This document shows, in pieces, positions 25,023-34,196 of a DNA stretch of 64,000 nt (position 1 is its first letter; every line of letters starts with the position of its first letter). The DNA comes from Thermoplasmata archaeon (GTDB lineage: Archaea; Thermoplasmatota; Thermoplasmata; Lutacidiplasmatales; UBA184): the NCBI GenBank assembly GCA_035297125.1, contig DATGZQ010000068.1, forward strand, positions 17,095 to 81,094, in the 5' to 3' direction. The position numbers and the translations under genes are program-made. The notes under the pieces are model-generated. The model worked only from the letters and a program-made list of their open reading frames with translations. It was not told the DNA's origin and searched no databases.

Positions 25023-25858
25023 GCGCCCACCTCGGGTGCTCGGCATCGTGCCCGTTGGTCGAATACCGCCGCGAGGCTCTTGAGTTTCCGGTCGGACAGT
25101 TGTGGCGGGTCGGCGCGGTAGAGCCCGAGGTAGACGAGACGAAACGTAACATTCTAAAACTGGCCGCGGTGGCGGGAGTCCTCGGCGTGGGCGTTGGGGG
25201 AGTCGTCGGGGGCACGCTCCAGTACGTTCAGCCTCCGGCCGTCGGGCTCACGAGCTATCCCAAAGTTCAGTTGCTCGACTTGAACGGAAGCCCGCTCACG
25301 GCCACCAAGTTCGAGGCTGAATACAATGTGGGGTCGGACGGGGACCTCTTCTTCTACTACCCGCTTCGGAACGAACCCAACTTCTTGCTCAACCTCTATC
25401 CGGTCAACGGCCAGGCGCCGTCGGCCACGAATCCCGGTGCCGCGAACGTTCTGGGCGGAGTCGGGACGCATGGATCGATCGTCGCATTCAGCGGAATCTG
25501 TCAGCACCTGGGATGTCCGCTTCCGGCGATCTCGTACTACCCTCCCCGTACAGCGTTGAATTCTGGGACCAGCTGCACGAAGACGTTCGGCTCGTTGGGG
25601 TTCTACGTGCACTGTTCGTGTCACGGATCAACCTACGACGTCACCAATGGGGCCTCGAACCTGACAGGGCCCGCGGTCCTTCCGCTCCCCCAGGTCGTCC
25701 TGTATGTCGACCCGGTGACGAACATCATCTACGCGGTCGGAGAAAACGGTCCGCCGGTCAACGGCCACCTCAACACTCTCCAGGGTGACTACGGCGTGGG
25801 GAGCACCAGCCAGCTCGAGACGCAGCCCCCGGTCATCTCGTGCAGTTTCCCGAGCTAG
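25019..25858 (+). CDS. Rieske 2Fe-2S protein
   Basis: CQHLGC and CSCHGS cluster-binding boxes. KRNILKLAAVAGVLG is a Tat-like signal anchor. The start is uncertain (GTG at 25019, or a TTG near 25099). Confidence 0.85.
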   Translation: MSAHLGCSASCPLVEYRREALEFPVGQLWRVGAVEPEVDETKRNILKLAAVAGVLGVGVGGVVGGTLQYVQPPAVGLTSYPKVQLLDLNGSPLTATKFEAEYNVGSDGDLFFYYPLRNEPNFLLNLYPVNGQAPSATNPGAANVLGGVGTHGSIVAFSGICQHLGCPLPAISYYPPRTALNSGTSCTKTFGSLGFYVHCSCHGSTYDVTNGASNLTGPAVLPLPQVVLYVDPVTNIIYAVGENGPPVNGHLNTLQGDYGVGSTSQLETQPPVISCSFPS

Positions 25859-25871
25859 CCGAGGTCCATGG

Positions 25872-27236
25872 ATGACGTTCGCTCGGTGGTACAATCGGAG
25901 CCTCAACAAGGTCTGGGGGTTCGTCGAGGACCGGACCGCGATGAAGCGCTGGGCGCTTCGGCCCCAGCCGGAGTTCTCGTTCAAGCCGTCCTACTGGACG
26001 GGCGCGTTCGTCGCGAACGCGTTCATGTACCAGGTCGTCTCGGGGATGCTCCTCCTGCTCTACTACCAGCCGAGCACCGCCACGAACGCGACCTACACTG
26101 CCTGCGGCCAGGCGGTGGGGACCCTCTCGCCAGCCCCGGCGGCGTGGTGCTCGACGTACTACATCATCCATTCCGTCCCGATGGGCTCGCTCCTCATCTC
26201 GACCCATCTCTACGGGGCGTACGCGATGATCTTCCTCGTGTTCATCCACTTCTACCGGGGCTACTATCTCGGGGTCTACAAGGCGCCCCGCGAGTTCTCC
26301 TGGATGGTCGGGACCCTCCTGATGGTGATGACCCTCGGGATGGGATTCACGGGGTATCTATTGCCTTACACCCAGATCTCCTACAACGCGACGAACGTCG
26401 GCATCGTCCTCGCGCTCCGCCTCCCTACGATGGGTCCGCTGCTGGGTCCGTTCATCTTGGCGGACGGGACCTCGCAAGGGCTCCTGTCTCGGATGTTCGA
26501 CGCGCACGTCCTGCTGATCCCCCTCGCCCTGGGGGCTCTCCTCTACGCCCACATCGCCTTGTTCGAATCACACGGGATCGCGCCGCCGGCCACCTCGGAC
26601 CCGCTCCAACGTCGGCGGTTCACGGAGAAGGAGACCAAGACCCACGTGCCGTTCATGCCCCACATCCTGTTCTACATCGGGAAGTGGATGCTCCTGTACG
26701 TCGGGTGTCTCTTCGCGATCGCGGCACTCTGGCCGTCGCAGCTCCCGACGTACGTCGGGAACCTCACGGTCACTCCGGGGGTCACCGAGCCGGACTGGTA
26801 CTTCCTCTGGCTGTTCAAGCTGGTCGACTTCTACGGCGTCACTCCGGTCATCGCCGTGGGCGCCTCGACGGCGATCCTCGTGTTCATCCTGTTCCTGCCG
26901 TTCCTCGACCGCTCGAAGCGCACCCATCCGCGCGACCGACCCCTCTTCACCTGGCTCGGAACGTCGCTACTCGGCTTCTTCATCCTCATGACCGTCTGGG
27001 GCGGGGAGACGCCCGGGCTCCAGATCTCGGAGATGGGCGCCGTGATGACGCTCGGGCCCGTCTTCCTCGTGAACGGCGTGGCCATCGCGTTGCTCCACTG
27101 GCGGTACGTCCGGAGCTACCGGCGACGCGTGGCGGCCCGGGGCCGTTCGTTCGCAGGGGTCTACGGCGCTTCTCGTGCCGCGCCCACCTCGGTACCTGGC
27201 GCGCCGTCCGCCACGGAGGCGAAGGCCAGTGACTGA
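25872..27236 (+). CDS. Cytochrome b (fused b6 plus subunit IV type)
   Basis: Histidine pairs in helices (IHSVP...HLYGAYAMIFLVFIHFYRG; HVLLIPLALGALLYAHI) and EPDWYFLWLFK, the PEWYF motif. Confidence 0.85.
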   Translation: MTFARWYNRSLNKVWGFVEDRTAMKRWALRPQPEFSFKPSYWTGAFVANAFMYQVVSGMLLLLYYQPSTATNATYTACGQAVGTLSPAPAAWCSTYYIIHSVPMGSLLISTHLYGAYAMIFLVFIHFYRGYYLGVYKAPREFSWMVGTLLMVMTLGMGFTGYLLPYTQISYNATNVGIVLALRLPTMGPLLGPFILADGTSQGLLSRMFDAHVLLIPLALGALLYAHIALFESHGIAPPATSDPLQRRRFTEKETKTHVPFMPHILFYIGKWMLLYVGCLFAIAALWPSQLPTYVGNLTVTPGVTEPDWYFLWLFKLVDFYGVTPVIAVGASTAILVFILFLPFLDRSKRTHPRDRPLFTWLGTSLLGFFILMTVWGGETPGLQISEMGAVMTLGPVFLVNGVAIALLHWRYVRSYRRRVAARGRSFAGVYGASRAAPTSVPGAPSATEAKASD

Positions 27237-27492
27237 CCCCGCTGAGAAGCCGAAATGGTCGACCGGCGTGCTCTGGGGCATTCTGGCCATCTTCCTCGTC
27301 CTCGGGTCGGTCGGGCTCGCGGCGATCGTTTACGGGTTCCTCGGCGTGTGGGGAGGGGACCCGTTCGACCTCCTCGTCCTAGCGGCGGGCGCGCTAGGCG
27401 CCTTCCTCGCCTTCCTGTTCACGGCCGGCATCCTCTACCGGGTCGACCGGTACCGGGGCGTCGAGCATCGGAGGATCGAGTTCTTTGAGTAG
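27229..27492 (+). CDS. Small 2-TM membrane protein (87 aa), hypothetical
   Basis: Its GTG overlaps the cytochrome b stop region, and it has two clear hydrophobic helices. Confidence 0.45.
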   Translation: MTDPAEKPKWSTGVLWGILAIFLVLGSVGLAAIVYGFLGVWGGDPFDLLVLAAGALGAFLAFLFTAGILYRVDRYRGVEHRRIEFFE

Positions 27493-27850
27493 CCCCGACG
27501 ACGACCTGGCCCTCGTTCGCCGACGGACGCTCGAGCTCTACGACACGGTCACCCTCCTGATGCTCCTCGGGATCGCGATCATGATCGCCTACGCGATCCA
27601 CATCGGCCCGCTCACGAGCCCGGGCGCTCAGCAGTCGTTCGGGCTTGCGATCGCCCTCATGGCGCTCATGGGCGCGGTCCTGTTCCATGTGGTCGACCGG
27701 ACCTACCGGTCGTGGCCGCTCGGCCGGAAGTTCTCGCCCACGCCCCCAGGCCCGGTGACGCTCCAGTCCGAGGTGCGCTTCGTGAAGGTGCTCATCTTCG
27801 TCCTGGCCGCGGCGGCGATCGCCTACGTGATCGGGGGACTGCTCGCATGA
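27485..27850 (+). CDS. 3-TM membrane protein (121 aa), hypothetical
   Basis: Its TTG start overlaps the previous stop by 8 nt. It has three hydrophobic helices and lies directly upstream of oxidase subunit I. Confidence 0.5.
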   Translation: MSSPDDDLALVRRRTLELYDTVTLLMLLGIAIMIAYAIHIGPLTSPGAQQSFGLAIALMALMGAVLFHVVDRTYRSWPLGRKFSPTPPGPVTLQSEVRFVKVLIFVLAAAAIAYVIGGLLA

Positions 27851-27866
27851 AGGCGGAGGCGAGCCC

Positions 27867-29543
27867 ATGACGGACCTCCTGACCGCCGAGGTACTGATCG
27901 CGCTCATCGCGGCGTTCTCGGGATTCATTCTCTGGATCCTCACCTACCACGGACCGTGGCTCGTTTCCACGATGAAGAAGTGGGTGTTCACAACCGATCA
28001 CAAGCGGATCGGCCTGCTGTACATCGGGACCGGTATCCTGTTCTTCTTCATCGGCGGGATCTACGCGACGCTGATCCGGACCGACCTCGGCCTGGCGCAG
28101 GGGCTCGGCCTCGACCCCCAGACGACCCTCGGCGTGACCCCCGAGGTCTACTCGACCCTGTTCACGATGCACGGGGTCCTGATGGTCTTCATGTTCGTAA
28201 TCCCGACCCTCGCCGGGTTCGGGAACTACCTCGTTCCGTCGATGATCGGGGCCCGGGAGATGGCCCTGCCCCGGATCAACGCGATCGCGTTCTGGATGAT
28301 CCCGCCCGCGGGCGTCATTCTGATCCTCTCGAACGCCAACGCAGGATGGACGGGGTACGTCCCCCTCTCGGTCCAGGCGCCGGGGAACGGCATTGACCTG
28401 TGGATCCTCGGCCTGCACATCCTCACCGTCTCGACCATGCTGGGCGCGGTGAACTTCCTCGTGACCATCACGAAGCACCGGGCCCCCGGCGTGCACTACT
28501 GGAACATGCCGCTGTTCGTCTGGGCGACGATGATCAACTCGGTCCTGCTCATCTTCGCCCTCCCGTCGCTCTCGGTCGGACTCACGATGATCCTCTCCGA
28601 CCGCCTGTTCGGGACGCACATCCTGGCGGCGGCGAACGGCACGCCGCTCGGAGGGGCGCTGCTCTACCAGAACGTCTTCTGGTTCTTCGCCCACCCCGAA
28701 GTATACGTGATGGTCCTGCCCGCGTTCGGGCTCATCTCCACCATCCTTCCGAAGCTCGCGCGCAAGGACATCTTCGGTTACGGGGCGATGGCCATCGCGC
28801 TCGGGGTGTTCGCCGTGCTCTCGTTCGCGGTCTGGGAGCACCACATGTTCGTCACCGGGATCTCCACGAACATCCGGTTCGTGTTCATGCTCACCACCAT
28901 GGCGATCGCGGTCCCGTCCGCCGTGAAAACGTTCAACTGGGTGGCTACGCTCTGGGGCGGGCGGATCTGGATGGCGGTCCCGATGTGGTTCTGTATCGCC
29001 TTCATCACCGGTTTCGTGATCGGCGGGCTGTCCGGACTGATGCTCGCCTCCATCCCGATCGACTACCTCTACCACGGCACGTACTTTGTCGTGGCCCACT
29101 TCCACTTCATCATCCTCGGCGGGACGCTGATGGCGATCTTCGCGGCGATCTACTTCTACTTCCCGATCCTGACCCGCCGCTGGTACAACCAGCGGCTCGG
29201 GCAGATCCATTTCCTGCTCACCTACGTCGGAGTGAACCTCCTCCTATTCCCGATGTTCATCCTCGGGGCCGAAGGGATGCCTCGGCGCGTCTACACCTAT
29301 CTCTGGAGCGGGAACTTCCAGCTCCTCAACTTCCTCTCGACGCTGGGAGCCTATATCTTCGGTGTCGCCCAGCTCGTCTTCCTGTTCAACATGGTCTACT
29401 CCTACTACGCCGGCGCTCCCGTCACGACCGCCGACCCGTGGGGCGAAGAGTTCCCCACCACGATGACCGGACCGGTGCGAACTCCCACCCCGAGCCGCGC
29501 ACCGGTCCCCCTACCCTCCGCCGCCCCGCCCGAGGGACATTAA
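27867..29543 (+). CDS. coxA: Haem-copper oxidase subunit I (A-type)
   Basis: [32 protein letters not shown] (His, Glu and Tyr of the HPEVY block), HHMF and VVAHFHF motifs. GGAGG lies 10 nt upstream of the ATG. Confidence 0.95.
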   Translation: MTDLLTAEVLIALIAAFSGFILWILTYHGPWLVSTMKKWVFTTDHKRIGLLYIGTGILFFFIGGIYATLIRTDLGLAQGLGLDPQTTLGVTPEVYSTLFTMHGVLMVFMFVIPTLAGFGNYLVPSMIGAREMALPRINAIAFWMIPPAGVILILSNANAGWTGYVPLSVQAPGNGIDLWILGLHILTVSTMLGAVNFLVTITKHRAPGVHYWNMPLFVWATMINSVLLIFALPSLSVGLTMILSDRLFGTHILAAANGTPLGGALLYQNVFWFFAHPEVYVMVLPAFGLISTILPKLARKDIFGYGAMAIALGVFAVLSFAVWEHHMFVTGISTNIRFVFMLTTMAIAVPSAVKTFNWVATLWGGRIWMAVPMWFCIAFITGFVIGGLSGLMLASIPIDYLYHGTYFVVAHFHFIILGGTLMAIFAAIYFYFPILTRRWYNQRLGQIHFLLTYVGVNLLLFPMFILGAEGMPRRVYTYLWSGNFQLLNFLSTLGAYIFGVAQLVFLFNMVYSYYAGAPVTTADPWGEEFPTTMTGPVRTPTPSRAPVPLPSAAPPEGH

Positions 29544-29552
29544 GGAGGCCCG

Positions 29553-30122
29553 ATGAGGGGACACGACCTGTTCCGGCTCACGGCGATCTACGCCGCGGTC
29601 CTCTGCTACTGTACGATCCTCCTCGGAGGCACCGTGATGGCCAGCGGGGTGGGCCTCTCGTGCCCTCACTGGCCGACGTGCTACCCCAACGCCAACCTCT
29701 TTCCGACGCTGGTAGGGGGCGCCGCGATCGAATGGAGCCACCGGGTGAGCGCGTTGTTCCTCTCCGTGTCGGTCCTGATCCTCACGATCCTCGGACTGAT
29801 CTACGAACGCCACCGCCCGGTCCTCCTGCGGCTCAGCCTGCTCTCGCTGGGGCTGGTGGTGGCCGAGGCGCTCCTCGGAGCGGAGGTCGTCGCGAGCGGC
29901 CTGGGCGTGGTCCTCGTGCTGGCCCATCTCGCGATCGCCACAGGACTGTTTGGCCTGCTCCTCGTCCTCGTACTCCTGTCCAATCTGCGCGACATGCCCC
30001 GCCGTTGGATCGAGTGGGCCCGACGGGCTTCGGAGGAGACGCCTTCTACCTCGCCCGATTCGGACGCCTCCCCCACTCCTTCGTACGACCGGGTGCCGTT
30101 TGGAGAGCCGCGGAAGACCTGA
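29553..30122 (+). CDS. ctaA: Short (4-TM) haem A synthase
   Basis: 189 aa with a CPHWPTC motif after the first helix and His residues in helices (EWSHRVSA, LAHLAIA). It resembles the half-size archaeal CtaA type. Confidence 0.7.
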   Translation: MRGHDLFRLTAIYAAVLCYCTILLGGTVMASGVGLSCPHWPTCYPNANLFPTLVGGAAIEWSHRVSALFLSVSVLILTILGLIYERHRPVLLRLSLLSLGLVVAEALLGAEVVASGLGVVLVLAHLAIATGLFGLLLVLVLLSNLRDMPRRWIEWARRASEETPSTSPDSDASPTPSYDRVPFGEPRKT

Positions 30123-30174
30123 ACCAGGACCCGCCCCCGCGGCGACGCCGGCAGCCCCGACCGGGCGATCGGAC

Positions 30175-31095
30175 ATGGCCGACGGCGCGGAGCCGGGACC
30201 TCCTCTCCCTGCCCGCGTCGGGGACTACCTGACCCTCGCCAAGCCCGGGATCACGTCGTTGATCCTGGTGGTCGCCGTGGGGGGGTTCGTCCTCGCGGAC
30301 CCGCGCTCCATCGACCTACTCCGGCTCGCCTACCTCCTCATCACGGGCGCGGCCGCGAGCGGCGGCGCCGGGATGCTGAACCACTACCTCGACCGGGACG
30401 TGGACGAGCGGATGCGGCGGACCCGCAACCGGCCAATCCCCTCACGCAAGATCGCTCCCGGCTGGGCGGTGGGCGTGATCGGCCTCGGACTGCTGGCGCT
30501 CGGGGTCGGGGTCGCCGGGTTCGTGCTCAACCCGCTGACAGCGTTCTCGATCGCGCTGGGCGGCCTCACCTACGTCGTCGTCTACACCGCCTGGCTGAAG
30601 CGGCGGTCGAGCTGGAACATCGTCATCGGAGGTTTCGCAGGGAGCGCCCCGGCGCTCGCGGGAAGCGCCGCGGCGATCGGGAGCTGGACCCTGGGGGCGC
30701 TGACGTTCGCCCTCCTCGTCTTCCTCTGGACCCCTCCGCACTTCTGGAGCCTCGCGCTCCTGCTTCGGGAGGACTACGCGAAGGCGGGCCTTCCGATGCT
30801 GCCGCGGATGTCGGACCCTGCGTTCTCGGGGAAGGTCGTGGTCGTCTCCGCCGCCCTCCTCGTCCCCGCCGCGGCGCTGCTGGCCGTCTCGGGCGCCGTC
30901 GTGTGGCCCATCGGCGTCTCCCTCGTCGCCCTCGGGGTCCTCTGGGTCGTCCTCGACCTACCGCTCTGGCGGTCGGTGACGCCGCGGGTCGCCCGACGCG
31001 GGTTCATCTTCTCGGGGCCGTACCTTCTGGCGGTGGTCGCCCTCGTCATCGCGAACGCCGGCCTGATCCGATGGGGCGTCCCGCCGTTCCTCTGA
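30175..31095 (+). CDS. ctaB: Protohaem IX farnesyltransferase (haem O synthase)
   Basis: UbiA-family motif NHYLDRDVDERMRRTRNRPIPS, about 9 TM helices, start at the internal ATG. Confidence 0.9.
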   Translation: MADGAEPGPPLPARVGDYLTLAKPGITSLILVVAVGGFVLADPRSIDLLRLAYLLITGAAASGGAGMLNHYLDRDVDERMRRTRNRPIPSRKIAPGWAVGVIGLGLLALGVGVAGFVLNPLTAFSIALGGLTYVVVYTAWLKRRSSWNIVIGGFAGSAPALAGSAAAIGSWTLGALTFALLVFLWTPPHFWSLALLLREDYAKAGLPMLPRMSDPAFSGKVVVVSAALLVPAAALLAVSGAVVWPIGVSLVALGVLWVVLDLPLWRSVTPRVARRGFIFSGPYLLAVVALVIANAGLIRWGVPPFL

Positions 31096-31102
31096 ACGGT
31101 GC

Positions 31103-31861
31103 GTGCCTCGCGAAGCTTATCTCACCGCACCCTCTCGTACTCTCCCGATGGTAGACTCCGACCGGGTAGGAGCATCCACGGGCCGGCTGCGCGACGCGGA
31201 GAACGTGCTTCGGCGCCTCGGGTACGCGAAGGTGGCGCCGACCCCCCGCGTGCGCGAACCGGACGCCTCGTTCTGGGTACAGGAGGCGGGCGTTCCCCGT
31301 CGCACGTACCCCGTGTACGTCCCCGTCGGGGACCGGACGGCCCTATCCCACCGGATCGATCGCTGGCTCGAGGGCCTCGCCGGCGGGGGAGAGTCCGCGC
31401 GGAGGGCGATCTTCGTCGCTCCGAACGACACGGCGGCCGAGGACGCCTGGACCCGCCTCGCGGGCCGGGAGGGCACGACGATCGAGCACGAGGTATCGAT
31501 CCTGGTACTGCCGCCCTCCGGGCGGACGAACGCCCCGGCCCACTTTGCCCTACGGAAGGTGCCTCCGACGGAGGTCCTCCGGATCGCGACCGGGGTCGTG
31601 GTCGGCCTCTTCCGCCGGGCCCACGCCCTCGAAGGGTCGAACCAGATCGACTTCGAGGAGATGCTGAACCTCCTGAGGGGGCGGTTCGGGATCGACGTGA
31701 ACGCATCCCTCGGGGTCCGCACGGACGAGGACGCCCTGTTCCTGCTCTACCAGCTCGCCCTCAGGGACTCGTACGCCCCGGGGGACGCGGGCGCGAACGT
31801 CCATCTTCTGGTCCTCAAGCCGACCGGTCCGGCCGCTCGACTCCCGTGGTTCGCCGCGTAG
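31103..31861 (+). CDS. Hypothetical soluble protein (252 aa)
   Basis: It starts 8 nt after the ctaB stop and has protein-like composition. I recognised no family. An alternative ATG start is at 31148. Confidence 0.5.
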   Translation: MPREAYLTAPSRTLPMVDSDRVGASTGRLRDAENVLRRLGYAKVAPTPRVREPDASFWVQEAGVPRRTYPVYVPVGDRTALSHRIDRWLEGLAGGGESARRAIFVAPNDTAAEDAWTRLAGREGTTIEHEVSILVLPPSGRTNAPAHFALRKVPPTEVLRIATGVVVGLFRRAHALEGSNQIDFEEMLNLLRGRFGIDVNASLGVRTDEDALFLLYQLALRDSYAPGDAGANVHLLVLKPTGPAARLPWFAA

Positions 31862-31914
31862 GACCGGACGAACCGAGCCGTTAAGAACGTCGGACCTGTC
31901 GATATCGTTCGAGC

Positions 31915-32091
31915 ATGGGCGAAGAGGCGTACCACCACCCGTACACTCCCTACCCGGGGAGCTCCACCCCCGAGGCATCCGTCGGGCCGAAGGAAGGGCG
32001 GGCCGATCTCTGGGCGTTCTTCTGGCTGTCTATCTTGAACACGGCGATCATCGCCGGCGCGATGATTCCCGTCTGGTGGCTCGTCCACTAG
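31915..32091 (+). CDS. Possible small single-TM protein (58 aa; below the ORF-track cutoff)
   Basis: My own translation: MGEEAYHHPYTPYPGSSTPEASVGPKEGRADLWAFFWLSILNTAIIAGAMIPVWWLVH. GC3-rich codons, with gttaagaa about 30 nt upstream. Confidence 0.3.
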   Translation: MGEEAYHHPYTPYPGSSTPEASVGPKEGRADLWAFFWLSILNTAIIAGAMIPVWWLVH

Positions 32092-32158
32092 CGCGGCCCT
32101 GCCGGCCGGGCAAACCGTTATCTGAAAGGGCCCAGTCGGCGCGCCGCCGGCACGTCGC

Positions 32159-32233
32159 GGGGCCGTGGGGTAGCTTGGACCATCCTTCTTGCTTGGGGTG
32201 CAAGAGACTCCGATTCAAATTCGGACGGCCCCA
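32159..32233 (+). tRNA. tRNA-Pro (anticodon GGG), no encoded CCA
   Basis: Hand fold: acceptor GGGGCCG/CGGCCCC, anticodon stem CTTGC/GCAAG with loop TTGGGGT, T arm TCCGA-TTCAAAT-TCGGA, discriminator A. Confidence 0.85.
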
Positions 32234-32276
32234 TCCCGACGGCCGGCTCATGTAGGGCCTCCCGCTCGGCCGCCCC

Positions 32277-32921
32277 ATGGGCGGCCGCTTCCTGCGCGAG
32301 CGCCGGCGCGACCCGTACTACCGCGCCGCCCAGCAGCAGGGCCTCCGTTCCCGGGCCGCCTTCAAGCTCGTCTACCTCGACCAGCGGTTCCACCTTCTCA
32401 AGCCGGGGCGGCGCGTCCTCGATCTAGGGGCGGCGCCGGGGGGCTGGTCGATCGTCGCCGCCCAGGCGGTCGGGCCCCGCGGTCGCGTGGTCGCCGTCGA
32501 CCCACGTCGGGTGGAACCGATCCCGGGCGTGGACGTGATCCGGGCCCGCGTCGGGGAGCCGGGACTGGTCGCCCGGCTCGGGCCCGCCCCGTTCGACGTT
32601 GTGCTGTCGGACCTCTCTCCGCGGATCAGCGGAGCGTACGCCACCGACCACGCCCGTTCGGCCGATCTCGTCCGCGAGGCGTGGGCGCTCTCGCGCCAGG
32701 TCCTCGTGCCAGGAGGAAAGTTCGCGGCGAAGATGTTCGACGGCGACCTCGTCCCGGAGGTCCTCGAAGAGATCGGCCGGTCGTGCGAGAAGGTCCAGCG
32801 TACGAAGCCGCCCGCGTCGCGCGAGGCGTCCTCGGAAATCTACATCATCGCGACCGGGTTCCGACCCGACCGGACCGTAGCGGGCGGCTCCGAACCGGCG
32901 GTCCGGGATTTCGCTATATAG
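32277..32921 (+). CDS. rlmE: 23S rRNA 2'-O-ribose methyltransferase RlmE/FtsJ
   Basis: YYRAAQQQGLRSRAAFKL, VLDLGAAPGGWS and VVLSDLSP motifs. Confidence 0.85.
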   Translation: MGGRFLRERRRDPYYRAAQQQGLRSRAAFKLVYLDQRFHLLKPGRRVLDLGAAPGGWSIVAAQAVGPRGRVVAVDPRRVEPIPGVDVIRARVGEPGLVARLGPAPFDVVLSDLSPRISGAYATDHARSADLVREAWALSRQVLVPGGKFAAKMFDGDLVPEVLEEIGRSCEKVQRTKPPASREASSEIYIIATGFRPDRTVAGGSEPAVRDFAI

Positions 32922-32966
32922 GTTCGCGAATTAACCCCCGCTCCCCTGTTTGAGGTTTGATTACTC

Positions 32967-34196
32967 GTGATCCGATTCGGACCCGCAGGGATTCCTCTTT
33001 CCTGCAAGGGCCGGACGCTTCGGGATGGGATCGCCGACGTGCACCATCTCGGGCTGACGGCGATGGAAGTACAGTTCATCAAGGTAAACCCACTTACCCG
33101 TCTCGCGCTCGACGAGGAGGTCGGCAAGGCCGCGCGCGACCTCGTCCAGCAGCTGGTCGTCAGCGTCGGCCCCGGCGACCTCGAGGGCGGGACACCGACC
33201 GCGGAGGCGTTCGCCGCGCCGATCCGCCGCAAGGATTCGCTCACGGCTCTCACGTGGAGCCTAGCGAAGGACTACGCCGACCTGGAGCAGACAAAGGCGC
33301 TCGCGCGGTCCCTCGACGTCGACCTGACGCTCCACGCGCCCTACTACGTCGACTTCTTCGGCTCGACCGACGCTCGCCAGCAGTCGACCCGGCAGATCCA
33401 GTGGGCCGGCGTGCTCGCCCACGGCCTAGGGGCCCGCCTCGCGGTCACCCACTTGGGGTTCTACGGGACGGGAGACCGTTCCGACTCGATCCAGGCGCTC
33501 ACCGAGATCGTCACGGACCTCTCGGGTTGGTTCTCGAAGTTCACGAAGGGCAAGGTCCGGCTCGCGATCGAGCCCAGCGGCCACCCGGACGTGTTCGGTT
33601 CGCGGGAAGAGGTGCTCGAGCTTGCCCACCGCACGCGAGGCTCGATCATCCCGGTACTCAACCTCCCGCACCTCGCAGCACGGGAGCGACGGAGCTTCGA
33701 GGAACCGGACGACCTCGACCCGGTGCTCCGCGAGTTCGTGAAGGCGACCGACGGTCCCCTCTACCTCAACTTCTCCGGCGTGGAGTTCTACGGGCCGGGA
33801 GAGTTCCGTCTCACGCCCATCAAGCGGGGCCTGGTGCGGTTCGACCCGTTGGCCGAACTGCTGGCGGAGCGCGATTACGACGTGAGCGTGATCTCGAGCT
33901 CCCCGCTGCTCGAGCACGACGCGATGTACATGAAGCTCCTCTACGAACGCGCGCTCGCCCGACGGTGGACGAAGCTCCACCCCTCCGCCGCCAAGCCGGG
34001 GGCGAGGGCCCCTCTGCCGCCCCCTGAGAAGGCACGACGGCCGGGTACTGCCGCGCCGCCGGAGAAGGCGCGGCCGGCGGGCGCTCGCCCTCCCGCTCGC
34101 CCCGCACCACGCGCCCGCCCGCACCCGATGCCGAAGGCGGTGAAGCGAAAGCCGCCGGCGAAGGGAGGTGACCGTGGTCGCCGACGTCGCCACTAG
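32967..34196 (+). CDS. AP-endonuclease-2/xylose-isomerase-like TIM-barrel protein with a ~75-aa basic Pro-rich tail
   Basis: N-terminus IRFGPAGIPLSC and a barrel-like alternation with His/Glu/Asp positions, as in the archaeal endonuclease IV-like family. The tail contains PPEKARRPG and PPEKARPAG repeats. Confidence 0.55.
   Translation: MIRFGPAGIPLSCKGRTLRDGIADVHHLGLTAMEVQFIKVNPLTRLALDEEVGKAARDLVQQLVVSVGPGDLEGGTPTAEAFAAPIRRKDSLTALTWSLAKDYADLEQTKALARSLDVDLTLHAPYYVDFFGSTDARQQSTRQIQWAGVLAHGLGARLAVTHLGFYGTGDRSDSIQALTEIVTDLSGWFSKFTKGKVRLAIEPSGHPDVFGSREEVLELAHRTRGSIIPVLNLPHLAARERRSFEEPDDLDPVLREFVKATDGPLYLNFSGVEFYGPGEFRLTPIKRGLVRFDPLAELLAERDYDVSVISSSPLLEHDAMYMKLLYERALARRWTKLHPSAAKPGARAPLPPPEKARRPGTAAPPEKARPAGARPPARPAPRARPHPMPKAVKRKPPAKGGDRGRRRRH

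Noticed and set aside
32092-32276. tRNA-Pro as an integration hotspot or genomic island border
   Set aside because: No integrase, direct repeat of the tRNA 3' end or compositional shift is visible on either side. The flanking genes are ordinary housekeeping genes.
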